Shown: positions 33,788 through 47,013 of the stretch, one piece after another | How the letters are laid out: every line of letters begins with the position of its first letter | Position numbering within the stretch: the stretch's first letter is position 1 | Assembly (NCBI RefSeq): GCF_009914755.1 | Contig: NC_060932.1 | DNA length: 64,000 nt | Reading direction: 5' to 3' (one strand) | From: the human T2T-CHM13v2.0 reference genome, Homo sapiens | Notes under the pieces: generated by a model | What the model saw: the letters and a program-made list of their open reading frames with translations, nothing else | The model's database searches: none | Told to the model about the DNA's origin: nothing | Program-made: the position numbers and the translations under genes

Positions 33788-34513
33788 TAAGGAAATGCTA
33801 AATATTAATTAAAGCTTAAGGGGAAAAATACATAATATTGTTATGTATATATTTACCATCTGAGTAATAGATTCCTTGAATTCTATCCTCAAGGCCCCAG
33901 AACTATTGGTGTAGAGAACTAAATTCATGGTCTTAACAGGGGATGCAAATTCCTTCACAATCCAATACCATCACTCCACTGGCTCATGTCCAAACTCATC
34001 CTTCACCTTTGGTAGCCATAATGCCACCTCTAGTGTAAGCCAGGGTTCACACGTGGCCTCCAGGTTCTGCTCACGTGGAACTTTCTCAGGGAAAGCCTGC
34101 TCAGTGTGCCTGCTCTGCGAGGCCACCCAGTGGGTTTTACCCTCAGACCTCAGCAGATATCTCAGTCACAGAGAGGATCATGTTGGATTTTAATTTTGTA
34201 ATTGAAAATCTAGTTTTCTATTAAATTATGACATTATTTTACAAAACACCCATGTATCTTTTTTTTTTTTAATTCCTAGCTCTTGGCACAGAAATTACAT
34301 TCTCATGCTAGCCTAATACATAGACGGCCTTCAAAAAAATTTGACTTAAAATACAACTTAATGGGTTTAGATTACAGAGACCTTCACAAGTTATAAAATA
34401 CTACAATAATGTTTTATTCAAAAATGGAAATAATTAAACACTGATCTATGAAAGTAAGCTGTTTGTCTTCAAAGTGTCACTTTGATGAGTTCAGTCTCAT
34501 CAGTTCTAGATAG

Positions 34514-34825
34514 TGTTGGGGCTCAGGACACCACCCCAAAATATGACTCTAGAAGACCAGAATATGCCACCCCAAAACACACTTCTTTGGTATATTTCCA
34601 CCAGATTATTCTGAGAAACTGCAGATACAAAAGTAGTTCTGAATAGCTGCATCAAGAGGGCAGTTGCTTTATTACCTGAGCAATTGTAATCTGCATAACA
34701 AGACAACTATTCACCATATCATTCCTTCCCTCACTCTCTCCTAATTTGACTCCACTACTCTGGAGAAGCCCAAGCTCTTATTTCTTTCTGGAGCTCAGGA
34801 GCTACACAAGCTCCAACTTCTTGCC
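34514..34825 (+). mobile_element. MER34-family LTR fragment (ERV1)
   Basis: TGTTGGGGCTCAGGACACCACCCCAAAATATG...GACCAGAATATGCCACCCCAAAA...ATTCTGAGAAACTGCAGA. Confidence 0.65.
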
Positions 34826-35150
34826 CTTTAATCCTAGGAAACAGGAAACAGGAAGGTTAGGAACCCACTCCCAGCCTTCTGTGCTCCAGGAAATATCTAA
34901 GTGGGAAGACCCTCCTTCGCCCAGGTCTACAAGAAGGCTGAGGGTGCCGCTCCGTTCACCTGGGAGGAACCTCTCCCACTTGGCCTCATATGAGGTTAGC
35001 TGACTTGCCTGTCCTATGGATACACTGGAATAAAAGGCGTATTAGCCCAGCTCTGCGTGAGCCTGCATCCTTCCCCAGGCCCCTGGATGTCACCCACTGC
35101 AGCGTGGGCCGGCACACAGCTTCTCCTCAGCGACCTGGGGGAGGCCGACC

Positions 35151-35244
35151 TGGGGCCCCTTCTTGGCTGCTGCTGTCCTCCTGGGCCTTCTTGGCTGCTG
35201 CTGTCCCAATGGGGCCCCTTCTTGGCTGCTGCTGTCTTCCTGGG
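35151..35244. repeat. Imperfect ~30-bp tandem repeat x3
   Basis: CCTTCTTGGCTGCTGCTGTC occurs three times. Confidence 0.85.
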
Positions 35245-35868
35245 TCCCCCGCCTGCTCTTTCTATCTCACTGCTCTCTCAACAGGAGGCTACTTTCCACT
35301 ACCCTCCGGGGATGCCGGCTGACCTGAGGATCCCTCAGAGCCTCCCCTTTACAATCGTCCTCAGTCTCTCCTGAAAGAGCTTGGGTCTGTCTTGTGTTGG
35401 ATGCCACTTATAGCAGCTGGGGGTGCCTTGGCCTCAGGGGAAGAGAGGCGCCCCTGGGAGCAGAAGGCAATCCTGTTACTGTTACACTGGAAGGCTCACG
35501 TGGACACCGGCAGACGAGAGTGAAGCCCCTAACCCACCAGGAATGAAGGGGTTCTGAGGAGAAACCTATGGCTGGGCTTTAGGGCTGCAGTCAGGAGGGG
35601 CGGGCATAGAGCTTAGCTCTGGGAAGGGGAGGGGTGAGTGTGATCAGAGGTAGGCGAAGAGACAGGAGGCTGCTGGCAGGAGTGCCCAGCACCTCTCGCT
35701 GGCTCAGGACCTACAGGTTGGACTCATTCCCCCTCCATGAACTGACCACTGCTCATGACACTCACTGCCAGGCTGCGCTGCAGCTGCCTCACAAGTCAAA
35801 CTGAGAAAGGGTGGCATGGCCTTAAAGGCCGGTCGAATTCTTGCAAAGTCCTAGAAAGTGCTCTGTCA

Positions 35869-36201
35869 GGCCGGGCGCGGTGGCTCACGCCTGTAATCTC
35901 AGCACTCTGGGAGGCCGAGGCAGGCAGATCGGATCATGAGGTCAGGAGATGGAGACCAGCCTGGCCAATGTGGTGAAACCCTGTCTCCACTAAAACTACA
36001 AAAATTAGCCAAGCATGGTGGCAGGCACCTGCAGTCCCAGCTACTCAGGAGGCAGGAGAATCACTTGAACCAGGGAGTTAGAGGTTGCAGTGAGCCGAGA
36101 GTGTATCACTGCACTCCAGCCTCTCGACAGAGTGAGACTCCATCTCAAAAAAACAAGAAAAAAAAGAGAAAAAGAAAAACAAAAGAAAGAAAAGAAAGAA
36201 A
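35869..36201 (+). mobile_element. AluS with long A/G tail
   Basis: GGCCGGGCGCGGTGGCTCACGCC start; flanks AGAAAG.GCTCTG.CA. Confidence 0.9.
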
Positions 36202-36714
36202 GAGCTCTGCCAGTGTTTGCTGCACAAATCAAGGGCAAGGGTTCTGATGTCCGGAGGCCGTGATGTTAGGCAGTTCCTGAACCATGACCCTGGATCTGCA
36301 AGAGGCAATGCAGCCACAGCGGACATCTGGATTCCACGGTCACAGGCAGCACCTGCATCCAACCACGAAGGCATGCGCTGCAAGTCCTTGTGGAGAACGT
36401 TTGACTCTCAGGGTTTTGGCGAGGCTATTTTCACAGCCGTAAAACTTGAGAGGAGCAGGCAGATCTGTCAGGTGTCAGGTCCAAAACGAAAAACTGTGAT
36501 CGGAGTTTTCCCACAGTGGCCGTTCTGCAGCTTAGGGATGGTCGAGTGGTTTTGCAACTTGTGGGAGAAAATTGTTCTTTTTAAACTGACTTCATTAGGT
36601 TTAAACATTCTTTCCCCTGTTAGTGCACTGACTAAATCGTTGGATTTAGAATCCAAAGACTTCATTTCCCTTCCTTCTGCTGAAATACAATAGCTTGGCT
36701 GACACTACTACTTT

Positions 36715-36895
36715 GGTGTCTAGCAGACTTGATTCCAAATCATACTTCCACAGGCAGCTGTGCACATTTTCACAATTTGCCAACCTCTCTGAGCCTCATT
36801 TTTCTTATCTGTGAAATGTGCATAACCCTTGGAATTTATGTGGAAATCAGGAAGCATAGAGTGTGGCGCAGAGTGAGCACACCATACGTAACAGT
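36715..36895 (+). mobile_element. MIR
   Basis: AACCTCTCTGAGCCTCATTTTTCTTATCTGTGAAATG MIR core. Confidence 0.65.
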
Positions 36896-37160
36896 TATTA
36901 TTGTCATTATTATTACTGAGACAGGGTCTCACTTTGATGCCCAGGCTGGAGTGCAGTGATGTGATGGCAGCTCATTGCAGCCTTGAACTCCCAAGCTCAG
37001 GCAGTCCTCCCACCTCAGCCTCCCAAGTAGCCAGGACCACGGGTGTCCAACACCACGCCCAGCTAATTTTTTGTAGAGACAGGGTCTCACCATGTTACCC
37101 AGGCTGGTCTTGAACTCCTGGCCTTGAGCAATCTTCCCGCCTTGGCTTCCCAAAGTGCTG
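36896..37160 (-). mobile_element. AluJ-like
   Basis: Antisense diverged Alu. Confidence 0.88.
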
Positions 37161-37366
37161 CAATTTATTTTTAATATAGTAAAACAGGGGCAATTAGCTC
37201 TTCCAAACCAACTAATAATACTTCTGCAGAAGCACATGAGGACATAAGAAAACACTAATAAAAATCTCTTGCATACAAATACTTCATTTACATAGAGTTT
37301 TAATCCAATTATATCACTGTTCCATGGCATATGTATTATGTTGTTTTTCCAGGTACCTTCTTAAAG

Positions 37367-37636
37367 GAACTGGCTTCTTCCCCTTTAAAACATGCTCTTG
37401 AGTGAAGTCTGCTGATCACATTTCTGACTCTGTGAACCGGCTTCTTCCCCTTTAAAACACGCTCTTGAGTGAAGTCTGCTGATCACATTTCTGACTCTGT
37501 GAACCGGCTTCTTCCCCTTTAAAACACGCTCTTGAGTGAAGTCTGCTGATCACATTTCTGACTCTGTGAACCGGCTTCTTCCCCTTTAAAACATGCTCTT
37601 GAGTGAAGTCTGCTGATCACATTTCTGACTCTGTGA
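37367..37636. repeat. Minisatellite, 4 x 67 bp
   Basis: Unit GGCTTCTTCCCCTTTAAAACAYGCTCTTGAGTGAAGTCTGCTGATCACATTTCTGACTCTGTGAACC starting at 37372, 37439, 37506 and 37573. Confidence 0.97.
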
Positions 37637-38152
37637 CCCAAGTTGACCTAACACATAGTCTCTGTCCACCTGGCCTCAGTGGCTGGACTTAGACACAAGC
37701 TGGCCCACCAAGAAAGTGTTCCCAAAATGTTTAGCAATTGCAGTAGGAGAAGCAGGGTCCTGTCCTTGCTGAGCAGGGTATGGTTAGATTGGGGACATAT
37801 CATCCATGTGTATTAGGGCAGAAAAAGCTATGAAAATCACAACAGGGGCAAAAAGAATTCAGGTGTCACTGAGGCCCAGGCTCCAGACATGCCCCAGCCC
37901 ACACAGCTGTCACCTTGCACTTCTTTCCTAAACTAGTTTCATTCAGATTTCTATCATTTACAATCAAAGAGGGCAGACTCATGGGGAACATCCTGGATCT
38001 TTGTCCCCCCCTCATGCATTACATCTAGCCACTAATTGATGGCTCATCTATGGAGTCCGGGTTAGTCCTAGAATATGATCAAGGCTCTATTTTCACAATT
38101 ATATGTAACAGTGATACACGTGTCTATGTGTTGCAGAGAGGACAACCAAGCC

Positions 38153-38473
38153 TTTTTTTTTTCTTTTTTTTTTTTTGCCCCCCGAGATAGAGTTTCGCTC
38201 TGTCACCCAGACTGGAGTGCAATGGCATGATCTCGGCTCACTACAAACCCCGGTCTCTGGTCTCCCAGGTTCAAGCGATTCTCCTGCCTCAGCCTCCTGA
38301 GAAGTTGGGATCACAGGCGCTCCCCACCATGCCCAGCTAGTATTTGTATTTTTAGTAGAAACGGGGTTTCACCATGTTGGCCAGGCTGATCTCCGACTCC
38401 TGACTTCAGCTGATCTACCCACCTCGGCCTCCCAAAGTGCTGGGATTACAGACATGAGCCACCGTGACCGGCT
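38153..38473 (-). mobile_element. AluS
   Basis: Antisense dimeric Alu. Confidence 0.9.
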
Positions 38474-38854
38474 CATCCCTTTCGGATTTCTGGTAGCGAC
38501 GGAAGAGATGGAGTGAATAGAAGAGAAGAACACCACTGCCATTGATAATATTTTTATATCAGTGGTTATACCCAGGGTACACTCAGAGCTGTTTGCACAC
38601 ATGGGTAGGACCACCAGTGCCTGAGGTAATCCTTGGGGTCATGTTTCCTGAAAGTAACTGTGAATCCCACCATCCCTGGGTAACTGATACTTCTCTGGCT
38701 GAAAGCACAATCCCTTAAAGAAGCCTTCTACAAAATCCAACATTACCAAGACTGGACACATGGTATTTGTGCCAGTATCTGCAGTGACATGAATTGGCTA
38801 AATTTTTTTAAAAATTTTTTTCTATGTAATACTGTTTTGAATTTAAAAACATAT

Positions 38855-39140
38855 TTTTTTTAAATTTTATTATTTTAATTGAGAGATAATAATTGCACAT
38901 ATTCATGGGGTACATAGTGATGTTTCAATACATATAATCTAAGTGATCAGATCTGGGTAATTACTACATCTGTATGTTCATCATCTCCAGCCTTTATCAT
39001 TTCTTTGTGGGGGGAATGTTCAATATCCTCCTGGCTCTGTGAAATGATGGGACATATTATTGTTGACTACAGTCACCCTAAAGGGCTAGAGAACACTAGA
39101 CCTTATTCCTCCTATCTAGCTACAATTTTTTATCCTTTAA
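38855..39140 (-). mobile_element. L1MA-type 3' end fragment
   Basis: ATAATTGCACATATTCATGGGGTACATAGTGATGTTTCAATACAT...CTTATTCCTCCTATCTAGCT, typical of an antisense L1MA 3'UTR. Confidence 0.75.
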
Positions 39141-39463
39141 AAGAGTTTTGCTAGCAATATCCGCAATGCGTAGGGACTAAAAATTGATTTAATTTAATGA
39201 GGAAGCCGGAGCACAGACCTCAAACAAATAAAGGCAAGCCCTGCACAGGTGCTTCCGAAAATGTATATGCAGCACGGCAGAAAGTCCCTTAGCATCAGGG
39301 GGAATAAACACCTCAAGTATGGAGCTCACAGGTGTGCACTGGGGAGCAATTACAGGTAAGGCACTGCGCTTCCTGCTGAGCGCGGAGCGAGGTAAAACAG
39401 AAATGACCGTCACCTTCATGCAGTGTATTGTTTTCAGTAAGGCATCCTTTAAACATAGAAATA

Positions 39464-39766
39464 CAGTTGTCCCTTGGCTTTTGCAGGTGGGTTACAGGAG
39501 GAATATAAAATAATGGTGCATTTTCATAAAATCTAAGCACACTCTCTTGTATACTTGAAGCCATCTCTAAATTTCTTATAATACTGAACACAAAGCAAAT
39601 GCCGTGTAAATAGTTGTTATTCTGTATCGCTCAGGGAACGATGATAAGAAAAAGAGTCTGTGCATGTTCAGTGGAAACACAACCATGTGTTGTGTATTTC
39701 AGAATATTCTGATCTCTAGTGCTTGAATCCACACATGCAGAACTCATGGATGCAGAGGGCTGACTG
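39464..39766 (+). mobile_element. MER2 (TcMar-Tigger) DNA transposon
   Basis: TA-CAGTTGTCCCT...AGGGCTGACTG-TA terminal inverted repeats with TA TSD; TGTAAATAGTTGTTAT core. Confidence 0.85.
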
Positions 39767-39824
39767 TATACAATAAATTCCTGATTTTAAAAAGTCCCAG
39801 GGTATGCCTGTCAGTCTAGGTTCA

Positions 39825-40218
<394 letters not shown>

Positions 40219-41769
40219 CTACTCCTGTAGATACTCAGGGATCCAGATGACTGAGTGGCCATTAGAGCAAACTAAATTTTGGCTCTTCAGGGTTCCATCC
40301 CAAGTGACATTCACTCCAATTTCATCACTGAAAGCAAGTCACACCACCACACTTCATTTTGAAGGCACCTCTATCCTGAGTCCAGAAGTAGAGAGAATTG
40401 GAGAGATTTGGTGGGAATGCTCGTGACCAGCACACAAGAAGAAGCACATCAGAATTCAAGCTTCTGAATGAGGAGACCTCCCCTGGTCGGAGTACTCAGA
40501 CATTGCCTCCTGCAGGGTATTACATAGAAACAGTTCTGAATGACTAACCAAAGAGTGGGAGTGGAGATGGAAAGCATTGCAGGCTGAGATTGCTACACGT
40601 GCAAGAGCTCTGAGGTAGAAAGGACTGTGGCTGCTGGAGATATTTCAGAGGGGCAAGTGAGAATCGAGACAGAGAAAGAACCACAGCCTGGGAGACAGAA
40701 ATAAGAGCTTAGCCAGAGAGACAGCAGATCCTTATAGATGTTGAACGATTTCCTGAAAATCTAAGAAAGCATGGTAAACGCTTTCATCACAAAAGGAATA
40801 AGTCCGGTCTGCCTTTTGGAAAGAAGAGAGAAGTTGGAAGAGTAAATCTGGAAAGACATTTAGGAGTTTGGCCATTTTCTAGGAGAAAGGTCTGAGAGCA
40901 GTTACGGCTACTGGTGGTGACACAGGGAGGCAGCCGCAGATTCCAGGAACACTGCACCTCACACTTAGTGAGATGGGGGCACTGGAGGATAAGCTGGGAA
41001 GCAAAACTGCGAGCTCAGCTTCGGGCACATGTTTCAGTGCCTGCGTCATTCCCAGAGGAGGTGGAAAACAAACATTGTGTCCTGGCGCTTGCAGAAGACT
41101 TGAGCTGGAGGCACAGGCACAAGAGTTATCAGCTGTGAATGGCCATCATGGGCTTTGAATCCAGGAGTTTGAATCACGGAAAGCATAGGATGGAAATATA
41201 GGAGGATTCCAACCTCCTATATAGCTAAAGTCAGTTAGAAGTGGTCAAGGAAGCAAAGAAAATAACAACTTAGCCAGAGAGATAGCAGAATAACCCAGAG
41301 ATTTTCTGGCCCCTGAAGCCAAGGGAAAAGGGCGTCAAGAGAAATGGTAGCCATGCTGGATGTCACCAGGAGACATGAGAAAGGAAGTGTGCCTCCAGGG
41401 CTAGTGACATTAACATCTCCTGCAATAGAAGATCTTGTCGATAGAAGACCCCATCATGTTAGACACCAGGTAAATAGATAGGAGAAGTGAAAAACAGGTG
41501 TAGAAATTGAGAATGTTTACATAAGTTTTCTGGAACTATGTTTTAGAAATTAGAAGCTGGAGGAAGACAAGAGGTCCAAGGTACATTAAAATTATAAATA
41601 GATATGTACGTGTGTATGTGTGTGTGTCGATGTGTGAGAGACAGATCTGAGTTATATTCAAGATGCTATTGGGGAAAATTTCATGGATAGTAGCTGAAAA
41701 TGCAGAAATAGAAAATATTCTCTAAATAATGTCTCTGAAATAGTAGGAAGAGAGGTACCTAGAGCATAG

Positions 41770-42113
<344 letters not shown>

Positions 42114-42235
42114 GGATTACCCTTAAGTAGGAGGTACATTCTCTTCCATTGAAAAAGAGAGAGAGCAGAGAATAGATGCACAGGCAAGCAGATCTGTATC
42201 CATTTTGTTGTGGGAAGTTGCTTCCTCTCTGATGT

Positions 42236-42269
<34 letters not shown>

Positions 42270-42286
42270 TCTGTTTTTCTCTCTCG
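42236..42286. repeat. (CT)n microsatellite
   Basis: Direct reading. Confidence 0.9.
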
Positions 42287-43157
42287 TGCTTCAAGTAGGG
42301 AATGATTAGTGAGTGATACTGTTTGCTAAGTAGTAAGAAAATAAAGAAGGGGAACACAGAAAGAGTGTTTCATAGAAAAATGCTGGCAATGTCTAGAGAC
42401 ATATTGCTCACTGGTTTAGTCTCCAGTTTCCTCTCTTTTTTGCTCCTACCTAGATTTCCAGTTTAACAGACCTCAATCCTGGAAGTCTGTGTCTATATTT
42501 TATATTTTAGGTGAGACTACACATAATAATGCCAAAGAGTTCATCATAAAATACTAGCCTCTTTCAGTAATAAATATCAAAGCCCTGTTTCTAAGCATTC
42601 TGTGGAATTAGGGAAACAAGTGATTTAACTATATTAAAAAAAAAAAAAGTTAGGCTCTAGATTTAACGTTTTCAACCTCATTTGATCTAGCAATATTCAA
42701 GGAAAGGCCATACAAATTATTTTGCATGAAATTAAAATGTTGAACTTTTTCACATGTCAAAAATGCTTTGATGATGCAAACTTTTCTTAGAGATTGCATA
42801 TTTGAAGGAATAAAAAGGATAAAGTTCAATCACTGATTTTTTTTCTCTTTTTGTGGTGAAAGTTGAACATGAACAATGCAGGTACCCATTATCTGTGCTA
42901 AGGCAAGGCATACATACCTGAGAGACCTACAGACTTACTGCCATATGGATCAACTCCGTGCACAATGGGACTCTCTGTGTCCTGAAGGGACGAGAGCTCA
43001 GAGGGACATAGTGACAAATGGGAAAGCTACATGATGATGAGACTCCCCAGTTGAGCACACAGTTGACTACGGCCATGGGAGAGAGTGTGTGCAGGTGGGA
43101 TGGGAGTACAGGTGAAGCTTAGGTAACACCCGTACCTCATCATCCCCTGTGCGTCTG

Positions 43158-44188
<1,031 letters not shown>

Positions 44189-44322
44189 TCTGTGTCCTTA
44201 CCTCTGTTTTCAAAAACAACAAGTGTTCCACTACTAACCAGAAACCAACATTCCACCAAAAAATTATTCCACTCGTACAAGCTTGGAACCAGTTAGGGAG
44301 ATTTATACTTAAATACAATTTA

Positions 44323-44616
<294 letters not shown>

Positions 44617-46664
44617 TCATATCAAAATGTATAAAATCAATGCTCATAAAAAGGGACTGAAGTGTTAGCAGTCTCCCCAGACAATCCCTCTCTGTGAGAC
44701 AGAACCATGCCGTGGAGGACGGCATTCACTGTGGATGACAGCAAACCCTGGCTCCATCTTACCTCTGCCACTTTTTGCCGCATGGTCTTTTTCCATGACA
44801 CTCACGTCCAGAAGTCAATTTGTTTGTGAAATATGAATATTACCAGCACCATACCACAGAGCTACACAGGTGGAATCCTTAGGTAACAACTAGCACACAC
44901 GCACTCGGGGATGATTTTGTCCGGTGACTTTTACAATTATGACAATCTTAAATATGAAGTTGTGATCATCTGTTACATCACCCAAAAGCTAACTGATAGC
45001 TTTATCAAGGAAAAACAACAACAACAACAACAATTTTGGTTTTAAAACATGCCACAGAGTTTTTTTTGTTTTTATTTTGTGTTTGTCTGTTTATTTTGTC
45101 TGTTTGCCTTGTCCCACAGTTCTATGCAACCAACTTTAAAGGTGGCTTTTACTAACTGGACGGTCATACCATAGCACAACTTTATTAGTTTAGCAAGCGG
45201 TCATTTTCTATTGTGTTACGTGTGCAAAACAAATTATTGATGTTTGTGAGAAACCCAATCTAATCAACCGCACCATAACTCTCACAATTAAATCTAACAG
45301 CCTGGCACAGTTGAGAATACCAAAAGACTGTTCAAATGACCAGTATGTCTGATATCATACTCATCTGTGAATTAAATAAACTATGGCTGATAATTTAAAA
45401 GGAAACAATAAAAATAATTGAGAGTTATTTGCATTGTGGCATTTTTTTTGAAAACTTATTTGACTACTATGTCTTAGATATTCTAACTCATTTAAGCAAT
45501 TTATATAGAACTCCAAAGACATTAGTCTTTGCATAAGTCCATGCAGTTAAGCTGGGCCGTAAAACCTAAACTGAGCCAACTAACAGCAGTTGTAGAGTGT
45601 TATTCCAGTATAAAAGAAAGCTTTACTCTGCATGGTTCTTCTGTTTTTGATAGATGAGAACTTTAAAAAAATTTTTGCATCTAATATATTTCCTAGATTG
45701 GGAAAATTAAAGATAACACCTACTTGGGTTTTCCTACTTCATTGGAAGTGCATAAAAATATTCACACAAACACATCCACTCAGGTGTCAAAGGAAAACAC
45801 AGTTGTCAGAGGGCAGTACTTTGTAAAAAGGAAGAAAAAAGTCCAAGTGAAAAATTGTAGGGAGGAAACACCTAAAATCTCTCAACAAAATTTAAAGTCA
45901 TACAAGAAAAACAATTTCATTAATTATGGAGAAACTTGGCAGGGAGAAGCAAAAGGGTAAATAGTGCCCTGCTTGGTGGGCATCACGTAGGGCCAACAGT
46001 ATGCCTGGGGTCCGATTTGCCAACCAAGTTTGCTCCCAGCACAGTAATCATCACCGTGCTCATAATTTACAGGCGAGCAAACTAAGGCTCTGAAATGTTA
46101 GATGTTCTGTCTCATGTCACACGGGAAATGGCAGAGTGAAGTTTAACCCCGCACTAACGGACAAAGGCCTCACTTTTTCTGGTTTGGTATGCCAATAGAC
46201 TAGACAAGAGCTGACAGTCTCATGATGGTAAAAATATTCCACTCTTCTTGGAGAAAATCAGTTTGTATTATGTTCAACCTAGATTGAAAGAGGATGAATT
46301 AAAAAAAATAGAACGTGAAAAACTGCAGGATGTGGCTGAGGAGACAAAATACAGAAGAAAAAGAAAGATCTTTAATAATTTAAGCAAAATTTAGAATTCT
46401 TTTTAGAATGAGTAACTAGATTCATATCACGTTGTCCAAGTCTATAGACCGGTACTACATCGCCAGTCAAGAAAGGACCTGTGATGGTCTTGGCCATTCT
46501 AACATCGTCTGCTGTATATAATCAAGGTGGAGCAACTCTTTAAATTTACAACATTTCTGCAAATATTCAAAAATGTCAAATACTGCTGTTTGTTGAACAA
46601 CCACCAGTGAGCTATTGTTTCTAAATTCCAGAAAATATTTTTGTTTAAAAGGAACTCAGAAGTG

Positions 46665-46762
46665 AGAAAAAAAGAAAGAAAAAAAGGGAGAGAAAGAGGC
46701 AACAAGGGGGGGGGGGGAGGGAGGGAGGGAGAAGGGGTAAGGGAGGGAGGGGGTCCAGGGGC
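46665..46762 (+). repeat. A/G-rich then G-run tract
   Basis: Long G run followed by (GGGA)n and further G3-G5 runs. Confidence 0.85.
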
Positions 46763-46955
46763 TCCTGTGTCCCTTGGTTTGGAGCTGTCTCCTCTGCCTG
46801 CTGTGACAGCTGCGCTCCTGGACTGCCCAGCCAGTGGCACATCCAGATCTGCTTGTCCACTTCCCACTACTGAGCTAAAAACACAGTTTGGCGGTATGCC
46901 CACAAATCTAATAAGAATGAATCTTGTTACTAATAAGTAAACTAGAGTAAAGAGT

Positions 46956-47013
46956 TGTGTGTGTGTGTGTGTGCATGCATGCATTTGTGTGTCTGTGTGC
47001 ACGTGTGTTTGTG
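46956..47013. repeat. (TG)n-rich tract
   Basis: Direct reading. Confidence 0.85.

Noticed and set aside
36217-36693. 158-aa + strand ORF in unique sequence
   Set aside because: No domain, non-ATG start, no splice context; length is plausible by chance in 64 kb
37367-37636. Regular repeats superficially like a CRISPR array
   Set aside because: Units are head-to-tail with no unique spacers, in a eukaryotic intron with no cas genes
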